Positions 55,945 to 56,366 of a stretch of 56,366 nt of DNA are shown here, piece after piece; position 1 is the first letter of the stretch; each line of letters begins with the position of its first letter. The stretch lies in assembly GCA_965370495.1 (NCBI GenBank), contig CBDUUV010000001.1, positions 1 to 56,366 on the forward strand. The letters are read 5' to 3'. The position numbers and the translations under genes are program-made. The notes beneath the pieces were generated by a model. That model worked only from the letters and a program-made list of their open reading frames with translations, was not told the origin of the DNA and ran no database searches. The stretch comes from an uncultured bacterium. Its GTDB lineage: Bacteria; Krumholzibacteriota; Krumholzibacteriia; Krumholzibacteriales; Krumholzibacteriaceae.

Positions 55945-56351
55945 AACTAGTCATCGATTCCAATGTGCTTATAGCAGCGTTCGCAACCCGTGGCCTCTGT
56001 CAAGTTCTCTTCGAGTATTGTCTTGATAGCCATGAAATTGTTTTATGCGAGGAAATCATCAAAGAAGTTAAAAAGAATCTTCGAAAGAAACTAAAGGTAC
56101 CACAATCCTTGCTTGCAGACATCGATACATATCTTCGAGAGAGTGCTTCAGTAGAGAAGCCTCTTCCGGTGGGAGAAGATGTATTTGATGACAAGTCAGA
56201 TTTGCCGATTTTAGGGGTCGCGGCTGCTTCTGATTCAAAATATCTGATTACCGGTGACAAGGCTTTATTATCATTGAGAAAATATGGTAACACGGATATC
56301 ATCAGTCCACGCTCATTTTGGGAAGCGATAAAGCGAAAAGCGAACAATTGA
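55941..56351 (+). CDS. PIN-domain toxin (TIGR00305-like putative ribonuclease)
   Basis: The motifs MKLVIDSNVLIAA (first acidic residue), DDKSDLPILGVAAAS and YLITGDKALL are present. Confidence 0.75.
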   Translation: MKLVIDSNVLIAAFATRGLCQVLFEYCLDSHEIVLCEEIIKEVKKNLRKKLKVPQSLLADIDTYLRESASVEKPLPVGEDVFDDKSDLPILGVAAASDSKYLITGDKALLSLRKYGNTDIISPRSFWEAIKRKANN

Positions 56352-56366
56352 TATTTACCCACTAGC

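Noticed and set aside
1-56366. I searched for CRISPR arrays, tRNA and rRNA genes, transposases, integrases and prophage blocks.
   Set aside because: I saw no regularly spaced direct repeats and no tRNA-like T-arm (GGTTCGAATCC-type) outside coding sequence. There were no rRNA-like stretches. No ORF carried DDE transposase, tyrosine or serine recombinase, or phage structural motifs.

Overview
This is a 56.4-kb chromosomal segment with about 45 protein genes and no rRNA, tRNA, CRISPR array or transposase that I can see. GC is roughly 50% by eye. The organism looks like an uncultured, probably anaerobic, protein-degrading bacterium. It carries a T9SS-type/FlgD-Ig-like C-terminal sorting domain, GldG/DUF4340 genes and a class III ribonucleotide reductase. 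I cannot assign taxonomy from sequence alone.

Gene content, left to right:
- A 3'-truncated nrdD, absent from the ORF track, lies behind a cobalamin riboswitch and tandem NrdR-like boxes.
- A Fur-family regulator, a TIGR02757/DUF2400 protein, an HMA-fused permease and a 4Fe-4S protein form a metal cluster.
- arfB follows.
- A peptide and amino-acid scavenging set comes next: SppA, an S9 peptidase, GGT, a NifU-like scaffold and a POT transporter.
- The centrepiece is a PEP-CTERM/exosortase locus on the minus strand. In order it holds a PEP-CTERM substrate, the exosortase, EpsI, an unknown polytopic membrane protein, a TPR lipoprotein, PrsK, PrsR and a small FHA protein.
- A small EPS-type block follows, with a CapK-like ligase, a GT4 glycosyltransferase and a CBM9/DUF5916 protein.
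- Then come glnA, a C25 (gingipain-like) peptidase, an outer-membrane barrel and a sodium:solute symporter with an unlisted 40-aa accessory ORF.
- Next are a tricorn-like protease and a GldA/F/G-type ABC system with DUF4340.
- A Cys-rich tandem-domain lipoprotein follows, then two or three low-GC single-gene inserts, carAB, and an RHH/PIN toxin-antitoxin pair.

The most interesting non-obvious signal is three correctly spaced sigma-54 -24/-12 promoters. They sit in front of the PEP-CTERM gene, the exosortase operon and the FHA gene. The exosortase one lies, together with a strong intrinsic terminator, inside the over-extended exosortase ORF. Together they suggest a compact PrsR regulon that recruits an FHA protein. 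Other leads are a novel Cys-rich repeat lipoprotein, a very basic Ser/Gly/Arg-rich secreted protein and a dispersed imperfect-hairpin repeat. All family names come from motif recognition by eye, and no database search was run.
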